From Candidatus Dojkabacteria bacterium (lineage in GTDB: Bacteria > Patescibacteriota > Dojkabacteria > JAOAGR01): 64,000 nt of DNA. The notes beneath the pieces were generated by a model. That model ran no database searches and was not told the DNA's origin. It worked only from the letters and a program-made list of their open reading frames with translations. Where the stretch lies: NCBI GenBank assembly GCA_025999155.1, contig AP026679.1, forward strand, positions 227,996-291,995. The letters are read 5' to 3'. Position numbers and translations under genes: made by a program. This document shows positions 19,260-29,510 of this stretch, piece by piece; the first letter of the stretch is position 1, and each line of letters begins with the position of its first letter.

Positions 19260-20477
19260 ATGGCTCAATTCAAATATAAAATTGTAGATAAAACGAATTT
19301 AATCAGAACAGGAGTCATTGAGGGTAATCATTTAGATGAAGTAGCGGAAGTATTACTTGAACAAGGGTTCACTATTGTAGAACTTAAACCAGCTGGCATG
19401 TTCTTAGATGAACTAAAAAGAATCAATATAGGAGGAATACCGTTTGCAGAAAAAGTTATCTTTATAAGACAAATGTCATTTATGCTTAATGCAGGTTTAC
19501 CATTGACTGATGCTTTAAGTATAGCTTTAAATCAGATCAAAAATTTAGAATTTCGTAACAAAGTCGAAGCGCTCAGAAGAGATGTGGAGTCCGGAATACC
19601 TCTATCACAATCGATAGAAAAACAGGGGAAATTATTTGATACTGTGACAAAGAATTTGATAAAAGCGGGAGAGGAATCAGGAAAACTAGATATCATTATG
19701 GAGAGAATCGCGGACAACTTTGAGAAAAAACAAGACTTCAAGAACAGGGTTCAGGGGGCGCTTATTTATCCGATAATTATAATTCTTGCTATTATTGGCG
19801 TAGTTGTAGCTCTTCTGGTTTTTATGGTTCCAGAAATGAGTAAACTGTATGCTGATCAAGGTGCTGAACTACCACTTGCTACTCAGATTATTATTAATAC
19901 AAGTAATTTCTTGACTTCCGGTCCCGGGGGAATACTGCTATTATTAATATTCATGACATTGATAGGAAGCTTAATTTATTACCGTCGAACTCCCTCAGGA
20001 CGGTTAGTCACAGATAAACTAATTCTAAAAATTCCAATTTTTGGTGAACTTGCTCGTAAGTCGCAAGTAACAGAATTTGCTATGACACTGTCTATGTTAA
20101 TTAGTGCAGGTATTCCTATCCTTGACGCACTTAAACTAGTAGCCGACTCAATGACAAATGTATTGTTCCAGATAGAGATTCTAGAAGCGAGAAAAAAAGT
20201 TGAAAAAGGCATTCCATTATCCTTGCCTCTACTCGCGAGTGAAGCCTTCCCTGAACTATTAGGTCATATGGTAAAAGTAGGTGAAGAAACAGGAAAACTA
20301 GATGAGGTAATTTTAAAAGTAGGCACTCAATACATGAAGGAAGTAGATTACATGGTGAGTAATCTGACTAAATTAATGGAACCTGTAATTCTGATTTTGA
20401 TGGGAGTGGTAGTAGGAGGCTTAGCAATAGCCGTTTATTTGCCAATCATAAGTTTAGGTAACGTAATCACACAATAA
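19260..20477 (+). CDS. pilC: Type IV pilus platform protein PilC/GspF
   Basis: Two T2SSF repeats: AGEESGKLD, ALIYP, VGEETGKLD, LMEP. Confidence 0.95.
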   Translation: MAQFKYKIVDKTNLIRTGVIEGNHLDEVAEVLLEQGFTIVELKPAGMFLDELKRINIGGIPFAEKVIFIRQMSFMLNAGLPLTDALSIALNQIKNLEFRNKVEALRRDVESGIPLSQSIEKQGKLFDTVTKNLIKAGEESGKLDIIMERIADNFEKKQDFKNRVQGALIYPIIIILAIIGVVVALLVFMVPEMSKLYADQGAELPLATQIIINTSNFLTSGPGGILLLLIFMTLIGSLIYYRRTPSGRLVTDKLILKIPIFGELARKSQVTEFAMTLSMLISAGIPILDALKLVADSMTNVLFQIEILEARKKVEKGIPLSLPLLASEAFPELLGHMVKVGEETGKLDEVILKVGTQYMKEVDYMVSNLTKLMEPVILILMGVVVGGLAIAVYLPIISLGNVITQ

Positions 20478-20538
20478 ATACTTTTGGGTACTTGCAAAGC
20501 TTCACACAAGTGTTATATTGGAATCGTCATTAACAGCT

Positions 20539-21063
20539 ATGGAAAATATAAAACAACGAAATAATAAATATGTTACAAAAGGTTTTTCGTTAGTCGAGCT
20601 GATGGTGGTACTTGCCATAATAGGAGTGCTCGCGTCCATATCGATACCGATCATATTAAATGTACAAAGAGACTCAAGAGATTCACAAAGACTCAAGCAG
20701 CTGGACTCGATCAGAATTGCAGCGAGTAAGTATTATACAGAATACAACGAAGATATTAACATATACACAACATTAAGTGGCAACACCTGTACCACTCCTG
20801 TAGGAAACGTCAGCACTCCGCCAACAAGTAGCACTATTACTTATTACATATGTGGAGCAAACAACCCTTCTGCGTCGCGTATGGTACCCGTGCAACTTAC
20901 TTCTGGCTTTTATCTCTCACGTCCATCAAATAGTGCTTGTACGACAGAAAGCACAGGTAAAAGTATAGTATTCTACATAGATAGTCAAACTAATGGTCCC
21001 GGTAGAATTGTTATGTGTAATGAAGGGGGGGGGACCAGAGTACTAGAATATAAACAAGGCTAA
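20539..21063 (+). CDS. Type IV pilin (candidate major pilin)
   Basis: KG/FSLVELMVVLAIIGVLASI...RDSQR; four Cys; followed by a terminator; start ATG 20539 likely. Confidence 0.88.
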   Translation: MENIKQRNNKYVTKGFSLVELMVVLAIIGVLASISIPIILNVQRDSRDSQRLKQLDSIRIAASKYYTEYNEDINIYTTLSGNTCTTPVGNVSTPPTSSTITYYICGANNPSASRMVPVQLTSGFYLSRPSNSACTTESTGKSIVFYIDSQTNGPGRIVMCNEGGGTRVLEYKQG

Positions 21064-21084
21064 AAACGCAGTATTAAAATAAAC

Positions 21085-21114
21085 AAAAAGGAAGGCATCG
21101 GTGCTTTCCTTTTT
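21085..21114. terminator. Bidirectional intrinsic terminator between pilin and dprA
   Basis: aaaaag-gaaggca-tcgg-tgctttcc-ttttt hairpin with A/T tracts on both sides. Confidence 0.8.
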
Positions 21115-21153
21115 ACTATTCATCATAATTAGAGTCCTTCATGTTCATAGAAG

Positions 21154-22257
21154 TTAGCGTATAACCGGACTCCAAGAATCATACTCGTTTTGCCGGATCA
21201 ATCCTTTTAGTTCTAGTGTAGTAATAATCGGCATAAGTTGAGATGGCTCAAATGATAAAAGTTCTATAAGTTCGTCTGTAGAATAGGGTCCTTTACAGAT
21301 AAGATCATAAACTGCGCTTTCGTTTTCATTTAAATCATCTTCACATTTTACAAGTCCAGATTGTAAATTATTCTTTTGTCTTGCAAACCCATAATCCTTC
21401 AAAATATCCTCCACATCAGTCACTAAAGATGCAATATTATTTTTAATTAAATCATTACAGCCCTGACTACTTACTCGAATAATATCTGCTGGAATCGCAT
21501 AAACAAATTTGCCTTGTTCAAATGCAAAATTAGCTGTAATAAGCGAACCACTTTTAGACGCTGCTTCTACGATTAAAGTGCCACGTGATAATCCTGCAAT
21601 TAGACGGTTGCGTGCCGGAAAAAATCTTTTATCAGGAGCCTGATACGGTAAATACTCCGTGATTAAACATCCGCCCTTTGCAATAATAGTCTCATATAGT
21701 CTTGCATTTGTACTAGGATATACGTAATCAAAACCAGAACCTAATACACCGATGCATTTTGCATTATTATCTAAAGCTGTCTGATGGGCAATTGAGTCAA
21801 TTCCCGAAGCTAGGCCGGAAATAATGGTAAATCCGTGTCGGGCAAGATCTGTACAAAACTTCAAGCATTGATCATGACCGTATTTCGTGTACTTGCGAGT
21901 CCCAACTACAGCTATCGACATATTATATTCATATTGACTCTCACCTTTGATAAACAATACAACAGGAGGATCAAATATACTTTTTAAACTCTCAGGATAA
22001 CGTGTATCAAAAAAAGTAATAACATTTATGTGATTACGATCTAAGTGATTAATTAAATCATCCAGTCTATCTTCAATTTGGCTCCGTTGATTTCTCAGGG
22101 TTTCCCGTTGTTTATGGGTGACAGAATTTTCTATATCCTTCCAATCTATGTCAGAACTTTTCAGTTGCGGTAATTGTTCGATCAGGCGAAAAATAGTCTT
22201 GTTACCAAAGTAGGGGACTAGTTTCAGTTTTAGAATATTTAATGTGAATATATCCAT
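21154..22257 (-). CDS. dprA: DNA-processing protein DprA
   Basis: IAVVGTR, SGLASGID, FPARNRLIAGLS, VEAASKSGSLITA; C-terminal winged helix. Confidence 0.96.
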   Translation of the reverse strand: MDIFTLNILKLKLVPYFGNKTIFRLIEQLPQLKSSDIDWKDIENSVTHKQRETLRNQRSQIEDRLDDLINHLDRNHINVITFFDTRYPESLKSIFDPPVVLFIKGESQYEYNMSIAVVGTRKYTKYGHDQCLKFCTDLARHGFTIISGLASGIDSIAHQTALDNNAKCIGVLGSGFDYVYPSTNARLYETIIAKGGCLITEYLPYQAPDKRFFPARNRLIAGLSRGTLIVEAASKSGSLITANFAFEQGKFVYAIPADIIRVSSQGCNDLIKNNIASLVTDVEDILKDYGFARQKNNLQSGLVKCEDDLNENESAVYDLICKGPYSTDELIELLSFEPSQLMPIITTLELKGLIRQNEYDSWSPVIR

Positions 22258-22328
22258 GCGAGTACTCTAAAGTCTAAAACAAATTTTAAGAATCTTATCT
22301 TTAATCTTAAAAGTATATAATTTTTAAA

Positions 22329-23186
22329 TTACAACAATATTAATGCGGACCCAATAAATGTTAATAGAGATCCTAATAATTTATTTTTTAAAAAACGCTT
22401 TTCGTGTAAACAGACAATAGCAAACAACACACTCAAAGGTGTTGCTAATTGTAATAAAGGAGCAGTTATTACTAACCAAGTACCTAAAGATACTATCAAA
22501 AATACAAAAAACACATGTCCTAAGAAGAACACTGTCATGAAGATAATCTGTAGCCAATCAATCAGGTTCACATGGATTAATAATTGCTTGGATTCATGAT
22601 AAAAAAACACAATGGATACAAGAGTAGAGATTAAAAAAATCAAAAATATATAAGTGATAATATCACGACCACTATACATAACATAAGCATCATTAGTGAA
22701 ATTCAATCCATATATGATAGCCGCACATAAACCTAAGAGGACGCCCGTAGACAATTGCCAATGTTTTTTACCTTCAAGGGAAATTATTACCACGCCAATA
22801 AGTAAAATTGTAATACCTACTATCTGTTTTAAGGACAAACTCTGACCTAGAAAGAACCAGGAAGCAACTACAGTAAACAAAGGTGACGTCCCGAGCATCA
22901 CAACAACATTAGACATGTCGTCTTTTTTATACGCATACGTTAATAGAAGACTGACCAACACATGAGAAAAACCAGCAATTAACACATTTACAATAACATC
23001 AGAGAATTGACTAAAATGAAAACCTCGTATTAACCCTAATATCAGAAGAATGAATAAACCGGTCCCATAAAACAAAAACACGATACCGCCAGGAGTCAAA
23101 CTTTTATTATTTAATAAATTCTTAGTGAAGTAACGATGTAAAACCAAAAATAAAATCGCTAGTAATAAATAAGTGAACCACGTCAT
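22329..23186 (-). CDS. EamA/DMT family transporter
   Basis: About 10 TM helices in a duplicated EamA pattern (SPLFTVVASWFFLGQ; FAIVCLHEK). Confidence 0.85.
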   Translation of the reverse strand: MTWFTYLLLAILFLVLHRYFTKNLLNNKSLTPGGIVFLFYGTGLFILLILGLIRGFHFSQFSDVIVNVLIAGFSHVLVSLLLTYAYKKDDMSNVVVMLGTSPLFTVVASWFFLGQSLSLKQIVGITILLIGVVIISLEGKKHWQLSTGVLLGLCAAIIYGLNFTNDAYVMYSGRDIITYIFLIFLISTLVSIVFFYHESKQLLIHVNLIDWLQIIFMTVFFLGHVFFVFLIVSLGTWLVITAPLLQLATPLSVLFAIVCLHEKRFLKNKLLGSLLTFIGSALILL

Positions 23187-23508
23187 AAAGCATCTACGAG
23201 TATTATAGTAAAGTCATAACCCCAACTAAATACTTAGTTATCAACAATCTTTTATATCTTATAGAGAGAATAACATTAGTAACCGATAATGAATACAATA
23301 TATATACAAAGAGTCAAAAACACTCTGATCATAATACTGAAAGCGACCCCTAAAACAATGAGTTTACATGACAATTAATATTACAATGTACGATTAGATT
23401 GCAAATGACAAAACATAGATTTCTGTGAGATAAACGTGATAGAATTCATTCTCAGATTGAAATCTAATAGATATATATAAATAGCATTTCTAAAACTTAT
23501 AGGATATT

Positions 23509-25422
23509 ATGAAAAAACATGAAATAGTTAAAAAAAATCTACTGGAAATCTTAATCCCATACCCATCTTCAGAACAAATACTAAAAGCTCTTGAGCATGC
23601 AGAACGATTACATGCAAACCAAGTACGAAAATCAGGCGATCCATATATTATACATCCATTTACGGTAGGATACGAAATCGCTAATCTACGCTTGGATACA
23701 AATACCGTAATTGCAGCACTACTACACGATACAATAGAAGACTGTAATATATCTTATGATGAACTTAATCAAGAGTATGGCGACGAGGTAGCTAAATTAG
23801 TAGATGGCGTTACAAAAGTTGCCTCACTGACACATAATTCGCTACAGAGATATTCAGAAATAGAGAATCTTAAGAAGTTTATTATCGCATTATCAAAAGA
23901 TATTCGCGTCCTACTTATCAAACTGGCAGACAGACTTCATAATATGCGAACAATCGAAGCATTACCGCCAGATAAACAAATCACCTATGCCAGAGAAACA
24001 CTGGAACTGTATGTCCCGCTTGCTGAATATATCCGAATCGGTAAATTTAAAAGAGAGTTAGAAGATTTAGCTTTTAAAGTACTAGAACCCGAACGATACA
24101 AAACTATTGAGATGCTAGTGAAAAGATATACCGATTTTGCCTCTACTATAACTAACGATTTAATAGACACAGTAGAAAAACTTTTAATCAACAATAAATT
24201 TAATGATGTCAAAGTATTTGGTCGTACGAAATCATACTATTCTATTTACAAAAAAATCTTACGCAAACTCAAAGAAGGAGAAAAACTAGAAGAATTCGAT
24301 GTGACTAAGATAAAAGACTATATCGCTGTATCGATAGTCCTAAACTCTAATAATAAAATCGATTGTTATCAAGTATTAGGATTAGTTCATGGTAATTTTA
24401 GTTATTCAGAAAAAGACTTTGCTGATTACATCGCAAAACCTAAACCTAATAATTACCAGTCAATTCATACTGTGGTGAAATTTAAAAAGCAATATTGCGA
24501 AATCCAAATAAAAACTCAACAAATGCATGAATATAACGAATTTGGCCCAGCGTCACATATAGCTTATAAACTCAGTGGTAGTAAATATGCCAAACCATCG
24601 AATGAATACGCCTGGGTTAAAAATCTTGCTAAATGGACAGAAGATACTAAAGATTATCGTCTAAACCTTTTTGACAATAGAGTTTTTGTAATAACTCCAA
24701 AAGGTAAAATTGTTGATTTACCAAAGGGCTCAAAACCATTAGATTTTGCATATGCCATACACAGTCAAATAGGTAACAGATATATAGGAGCAAAAATCAA
24801 TGGGAAAATTGTCGATATCAATGCTGAACTACACAATGGTGATGTCGTTGAAATAATCGCATCTAAAAAGAATAAAAGACCTCCGATTGAATGGATTCAT
24901 CATGCGTATCTAGCGAGGACAAAAAGTAAAATTCGTAAATATGCAGCAAAATTCGATACTGAATCGCATATAAGACAAGGGAAAGAAGCACTATCCACAT
25001 ATTTTCTTAAAAAAATCAAGATTGATTGGTTAAATTTAGATTCGACCGTAATTAACTATGTTTTAAATGAGCTTAATATCAAAGAAATTGATAATTTATA
25101 TATCAAGCTAGCACAAAACCAATTAGACAAGAAAACCATTCTGAAACTGACCCTCAAGCGCCTCCACTTACAACAACATAGGACCATTATCCATCAAACA
25201 AGCGGGCAAATAGAGGAAACGACTAAAACAATAAAAAAAGTTAAAATTGAAGGAGTGACCGGCCTGGATTTTACTATAGCAAAATGCTGTAATCCAACTA
25301 TTGATGATACTATTGTCGGTATCGTCACATTAAGAGATGGCCTCAAAATCCATAGGACTAATTGTAAGAATTTACAAGAATTTGATCCGAAAAGAATTCT
25401 TAGAGCAGAGTGGGGTGACTGA
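23509..25422 (+). CDS. relA: RelA/SpoT (p)ppGpp synthetase-hydrolase, lacking the C-terminal ACT domain
   Basis: RKSGDPYIIHP, LLHDTIED, KLADRLHNMRT, YQSIHT, EIQIKT, TGS domain (DFAYAIHS), zinc finger CCNP...HRTNC. Confidence 0.95.
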   Translation: MKKHEIVKKNLLEILIPYPSSEQILKALEHAERLHANQVRKSGDPYIIHPFTVGYEIANLRLDTNTVIAALLHDTIEDCNISYDELNQEYGDEVAKLVDGVTKVASLTHNSLQRYSEIENLKKFIIALSKDIRVLLIKLADRLHNMRTIEALPPDKQITYARETLELYVPLAEYIRIGKFKRELEDLAFKVLEPERYKTIEMLVKRYTDFASTITNDLIDTVEKLLINNKFNDVKVFGRTKSYYSIYKKILRKLKEGEKLEEFDVTKIKDYIAVSIVLNSNNKIDCYQVLGLVHGNFSYSEKDFADYIAKPKPNNYQSIHTVVKFKKQYCEIQIKTQQMHEYNEFGPASHIAYKLSGSKYAKPSNEYAWVKNLAKWTEDTKDYRLNLFDNRVFVITPKGKIVDLPKGSKPLDFAYAIHSQIGNRYIGAKINGKIVDINAELHNGDVVEIIASKKNKRPPIEWIHHAYLARTKSKIRKYAAKFDTESHIRQGKEALSTYFLKKIKIDWLNLDSTVINYVLNELNIKEIDNLYIKLAQNQLDKKTILKLTLKRLHLQQHRTIIHQTSGQIEETTKTIKKVKIEGVTGLDFTIAKCCNPTIDDTIVGIVTLRDGLKIHRTNCKNLQEFDPKRILRAEWGD

Positions 25423-25488
25423 CGGGATTCGAACCCGCGACATCAGCTTCCACAGAGCTGCGCTCTAACCAGCTGAGCTACAGTCACC
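25411..25488 (-). tRNA. tRNA-His (GTG) with encoded G-1 and CCA
   Basis: Reverse complement GGTGACTG...CAGCT-CT-GTG-GA-AGCTG...GTTCGAATC...CAGTCACCCCA. Confidence 0.95.
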
Positions 25489-25587
25489 ATCGGGTACAAT
25501 AATATCATGAACACAATATAAAATTAAGCTTTATTGCAAATTGTTTTTCTATAAAGAGTTTTGTAATATTCTTACATAATTGCAGTC

Positions 25588-27072
25588 ATGTCAATTCATA
25601 AACGTATAACCAAAAAATCAGAGGATTATTCTGAGTGGTATTTAGATGTTGTAGAAGCTGCAGATCTTGCCGAAAATTCCTCTGTAAGGGGCTGTATGAT
25701 TATCAAGCCATGGGGTTATGCAATTTGGGAAAATATCCAAAAACACCTTGATGCAATGATCAAAGCTACTGGTCATATTAACGCTTATTTTCCTATTTTT
25801 ATTCCAAAATCTTTTTTCGATAAGGAAGCCGAACATGTTGAAGGATTTGCAAAAGAATCTGCAGTAGTAAGTTATCACCGTCTTAAGTTTAACCCCACTA
25901 GCCGTAAGTTGGAAGTCGATCCGGAAGCAAAACTAGAGGAGGAATTGCTTATTAGACCAACCTCGGAAACGATAATTTATGACTCTTATTCTCGATGGAT
26001 CAAGTCATATAGAGATTTACCTTTACTGATTAATCAATGGGCAAATGTGGTGCGCTGGGAACTACGTACAAGACCTTTTTTGCGTACAGCTGAATTTTTA
26101 TGGCAAGAAGGACATACAGCTCATGCGACAATGGAAGAAGCTGACCAGCATGCAATAAAAATGTTGAACGTCTATAAAACCCTAATAGAAGAATTTCTTG
26201 CAATCGCTACAATACCAGGTAAAAAATCAGAATCCGAAAAATTTGCAGGGGCTCATACGACGTACACATTAGAAGCTATGATGCAAGATGGTAAAGCATT
26301 ACAAGCATGTACTTCACATCATCTTGGTGATAATTTTGCAAAAGCATTCAATATTCAGTTTCAGGATAAGGATGGTAAATTAAAATACGTATGGCAAACT
26401 AGCTGGGGACTATCAACAAGAATTATAGGAGCTCTAATTATGGTGCATAGTGACGATAATGGTTTGGTATTACCACCGAAAATTGCACCTCTGCAGGTAG
26501 TCATTGTACCTATATGGAAAAACGATTCAGAACAAACTTTAGTACTCAATAAAGCCGAAGAAATTTATCAAATGCTATCAAGAACAGATATTACGACAAA
26601 AATCGATATAAGAGATTACTTAACGATCGGGGAAAAATTTTTCGAATGGGAGAAAAAAGGTGTTCCTATTCGTATAGAAGTGGGACCAAAAGATGTACAA
26701 GCAGGCCACACAGTAGTAGTAAGACGTGATACTCTTGAAAAAAGTCATGTCAAGTTTGAAGATATCCGAAATGCTATTCCTGCTACATTAAACTCCATAC
26801 AACAAAATTTATTTGAGAAATCAAGACAGTTTTTATACAGCAATATTCACGAAGTGCATAGCTACGAGGAATTAAAAGATGTAGTTGAAAATCGTAACGG
26901 CTTTGCTTTAGCTTTATGGGATGGGGAAGAAGCGTCAGAAGCCAAAGTCAAAGAAGAAACCAAAGCGACAATTCGATGTATACCCTTCGATATGCAGTCC
27001 AATATTACAGGCAACTGCGTGATAAGTGGTAAACCTGCCAAATATCGAGCTATTTTCGCTAAATCATACTAA
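25588..27072 (+). CDS. proS: Proline--tRNA ligase (archaeal/eukaryotic-like type)
   Basis: RPTSET, QWANVVRWE, EFLWQEGHT, QTSWGLSTR, C-terminal AKSY. Confidence 0.97.
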   Translation: MSIHKRITKKSEDYSEWYLDVVEAADLAENSSVRGCMIIKPWGYAIWENIQKHLDAMIKATGHINAYFPIFIPKSFFDKEAEHVEGFAKESAVVSYHRLKFNPTSRKLEVDPEAKLEEELLIRPTSETIIYDSYSRWIKSYRDLPLLINQWANVVRWELRTRPFLRTAEFLWQEGHTAHATMEEADQHAIKMLNVYKTLIEEFLAIATIPGKKSESEKFAGAHTTYTLEAMMQDGKALQACTSHHLGDNFAKAFNIQFQDKDGKLKYVWQTSWGLSTRIIGALIMVHSDDNGLVLPPKIAPLQVVIVPIWKNDSEQTLVLNKAEEIYQMLSRTDITTKIDIRDYLTIGEKFFEWEKKGVPIRIEVGPKDVQAGHTVVVRRDTLEKSHVKFEDIRNAIPATLNSIQQNLFEKSRQFLYSNIHEVHSYEELKDVVENRNGFALALWDGEEASEAKVKEETKATIRCIPFDMQSNITGNCVISGKPAKYRAIFAKSY

Positions 27073-27076
27073 AAAG

Positions 27077-28144
27077 TCATTTTGATTTTTCTGATGGGTC
27101 ATGATCTGGTACATAAAGGGGGTGATATTTTTTATGAGTTTCCTCAGCAAATTTATCACTGGCGTGTACATATTTATCTGTAGTATGTAGACTCTCGTGT
27201 CCTAACAATATCTGAATAGCAGCCGGACTAGCACCACGTTCTACAAGGTAGGTAGCAAAGCCATGTCTAAATGAGTGAGCCGTTGTAGGTACTACAATAC
27301 CAAGCAACTTACGATAATGAGCAATTTTATCTTGAATATAATTAGTAGAAATACGTTTACCTTTAGTCCCATTTCTACCACCTCTTGTTGGTACAAATAA
27401 AGCCTCATTATTATCATCACCACGAGCTTTTAAATATTCTTTGATGTAATACATTGCTCTGGGAGTAATGTAGATAAAACGTTGTTTTTTGCCTTTACCC
27501 TGAATATAGATTTTTCCTTCATCATTAAGATCATGACGATTCAGCTTTACTAACTCTGAAATACGCAATCCACTTGAAAATAAGAGCTCTAAAATTGCCC
27601 GATTTCTCTTTGCGACAATAGGATTTTTTTCATATTCACTGGGGAACTCCATGATGCTTATCAAATCATCTAAATCAGCTACTTGAGATTTTTTTCTTTC
27701 CAGTTTTATTAATTTAACGCTATCTGATGTGATTGGCATTTTTTCAATAAGATCAAAGTCAACCAAATATTTCAAGTATGTTCTTAACGCAGAAAGCATA
27801 CGATTTACACTTTTTGAAGCCAAACTCTCATTTTTCTCACGGGACGAATGATGAACAGAAAATGATTCATAAATTGGCTCCAACAATCCTCGATCGTAAT
27901 CATCTAATTTATGCTTATTAGCATGCCACCATTTTACTATTCTTTCTAAATAATCAGGCGAACGTAAAAAACCCTTATAATAAGTAATCCATCGTTTTGA
28001 CAGTCCATTAAAATCGACATTATAAAGATTCATAAAAGCCTCAAATACAGTTAAATCACGACGATAATTATATACAGTCTCAAAGCTATAATTATTATTT
28101 TGTAGCTCTAACAAAAAATCTTCTTTATAAGGAAGCTGATACAT
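27077..28144 (-). CDS. Xer-family tyrosine recombinase
   Basis: Catalytic set intact: SGLRISEL, GKGKKQR, HSFRH, LLGH, TTDKY; ~40-aa insertion in the N-terminal domain. Confidence 0.93.
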   Translation of the reverse strand: MYQLPYKEDFLLELQNNNYSFETVYNYRRDLTVFEAFMNLYNVDFNGLSKRWITYYKGFLRSPDYLERIVKWWHANKHKLDDYDRGLLEPIYESFSVHHSSREKNESLASKSVNRMLSALRTYLKYLVDFDLIEKMPITSDSVKLIKLERKKSQVADLDDLISIMEFPSEYEKNPIVAKRNRAILELLFSSGLRISELVKLNRHDLNDEGKIYIQGKGKKQRFIYITPRAMYYIKEYLKARGDDNNEALFVPTRGGRNGTKGKRISTNYIQDKIAHYRKLLGIVVPTTAHSFRHGFATYLVERGASPAAIQILLGHESLHTTDKYVHASDKFAEETHKKYHPLYVPDHDPSEKSK

Positions 28145-28663
28145 ATGAGTTTACCGCTTTTACTAATATAATAAATTTTGTTGTGTTAGACAAAGGAAAG
28201 GTTGAACAAGATACTAACAAACTCCATGGCAGCCCATGTCGATGCATGAGCAATATCTATCAGCGTTTGACTATATATATAATACTTGTCTACATATGCT
28301 TCGATTGTCAGGTAAAGTTGGAAGTCTACCGCAGGAGAAGGTATTACAAGGTATGGCAAATTTAGTGCATGACTATCTGTCGCAGAATCCACATGTATGG
28401 TATCAGCCACTTCCACGACAGAATCCTAATCCATGGGATCAACCCGATCAAGGATCTCATCCTAGTCAAGAATAGAACATGGAGAAGGTGAGGTGGGGTG
28501 GACATGACATTAAGTAGCAGAGAACTAAAAATAGTAGAGAGGGGATTATCGCTAGGTTTGTTTTGGCTCAGAGTGCGACTCTCGCTTAGTTCTGGATAGA
28601 CCATACCAATCTATAAAGCTATAGAGAAGATTTAAAAATTCTAGTTACGAATAAGTCGCAGAA

Positions 28664-28810
28664 CTATATTGACTTGATTGGGGGAGGGAGCCTTCTGGGG
28701 TCTTCCTCGAAAAACCTCAAAATACATGTTATCACCAACCACTCACGCAGCTTTTCTAACCAAGAAAGACGCTCTTCTCTAGAGCACTCTATTTTCGGTT
28801 GTTTATCCAT
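28664..28810 (-). CDS. Small 48-aa protein (below ORF-track cutoff)
   Basis: MDKQPKIECSREERLSWLEKLREWLVITCILRFFEEDPRRLPPPIKSI, preceded by TTTACA-17nt-TATAAT-5nt-ATG. Confidence 0.55.
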   Translation of the reverse strand: MDKQPKIECSREERLSWLEKLREWLVITCILRFFEEDPRRLPPPIKSI

Positions 28811-28815
28811 GCGCT

Positions 28816-28844
28816 ATTATATTCCATGCAGACTTTTTTGTAAA
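28816..28844 (-). promoter_or_regulatory. Sigma70-type promoter for the 48-aa ORF
   Basis: TTTACA, 17-nt spacer, TATAAT. Confidence 0.65.
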
Positions 28845-29475
28845 GCACTCCTACTATCTATAATGCCAATACAGACAACATACATATGGATCCATACTCT
28901 AGGAAGGTGCCGAACTGATTTTTCTTTTTGTCATGTTTATTTATATCGTCTTTTGAGAGTTAATACTTCTCGTCAATTGTGTTTTTCCTACTGCTAGATA
29001 GTCATGTGAGAAATGTTGATCAAAACTACCACATTAGATTGTTCGTCAAAAACCAAACGGTAAAAATACCATTTTGGTATTACTCTGCTGGTAACTGAAT
29101 TTTGCAAGGTTTTAAGTTTGTTTAATTAGTTTGCATAATCCTACCAAAGTTTTGCTTGTTAGTTGTAATAATAGGGATTAATAAAAAATCGTTATGTTAT
29201 GTTCTATTTTCGTAAAAAACATTAATAATCAATCTTCATGTGAATTTTTAATATAAAACACTACAAGCAATTAATTATCAAATTTCACATTTCGTAGCAA
29301 AAGTATAATTTAATATGGTCATGCGTAAATGTAGAACCTATAATTCTGTTATGACAATATTGTAAACCTTACAGATATAAAAGTTGAAATATAATTTAGA
29401 TTCTAATATAAATATATATGTGTTAAGTACATATAGACCACAAAGGTTAAAAGTTTTTCTTATAGAAGTATATTC

Positions 29476-29502
29476 TTGACATATATAAATTATCAGTATA
29501 AT
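29476..29502 (+). promoter_or_regulatory. Sigma70-type promoter, near-leaderless start
   Basis: TTGACA 29476-81 (15-nt spacer, atypical), TATAAT 29497-502, ATG 8 nt downstream. Confidence 0.5.
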
Positions 29503-29510
29503 TAATTACT

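Noticed and set aside
25411-28144. Integrase plus tRNA-His as a prophage or island att site
   Set aside because: proS lies between them, no tRNA 3' duplication was seen, and the protein looks Xer-like with no phage genes nearby.
28183-28604. Overlapping short ORFs (28236-28475 +, 28362-28604 -, and others)
   Set aside because: Mutually overlapping with no recognisable motif. One may be a gene remnant, but none can be supported.
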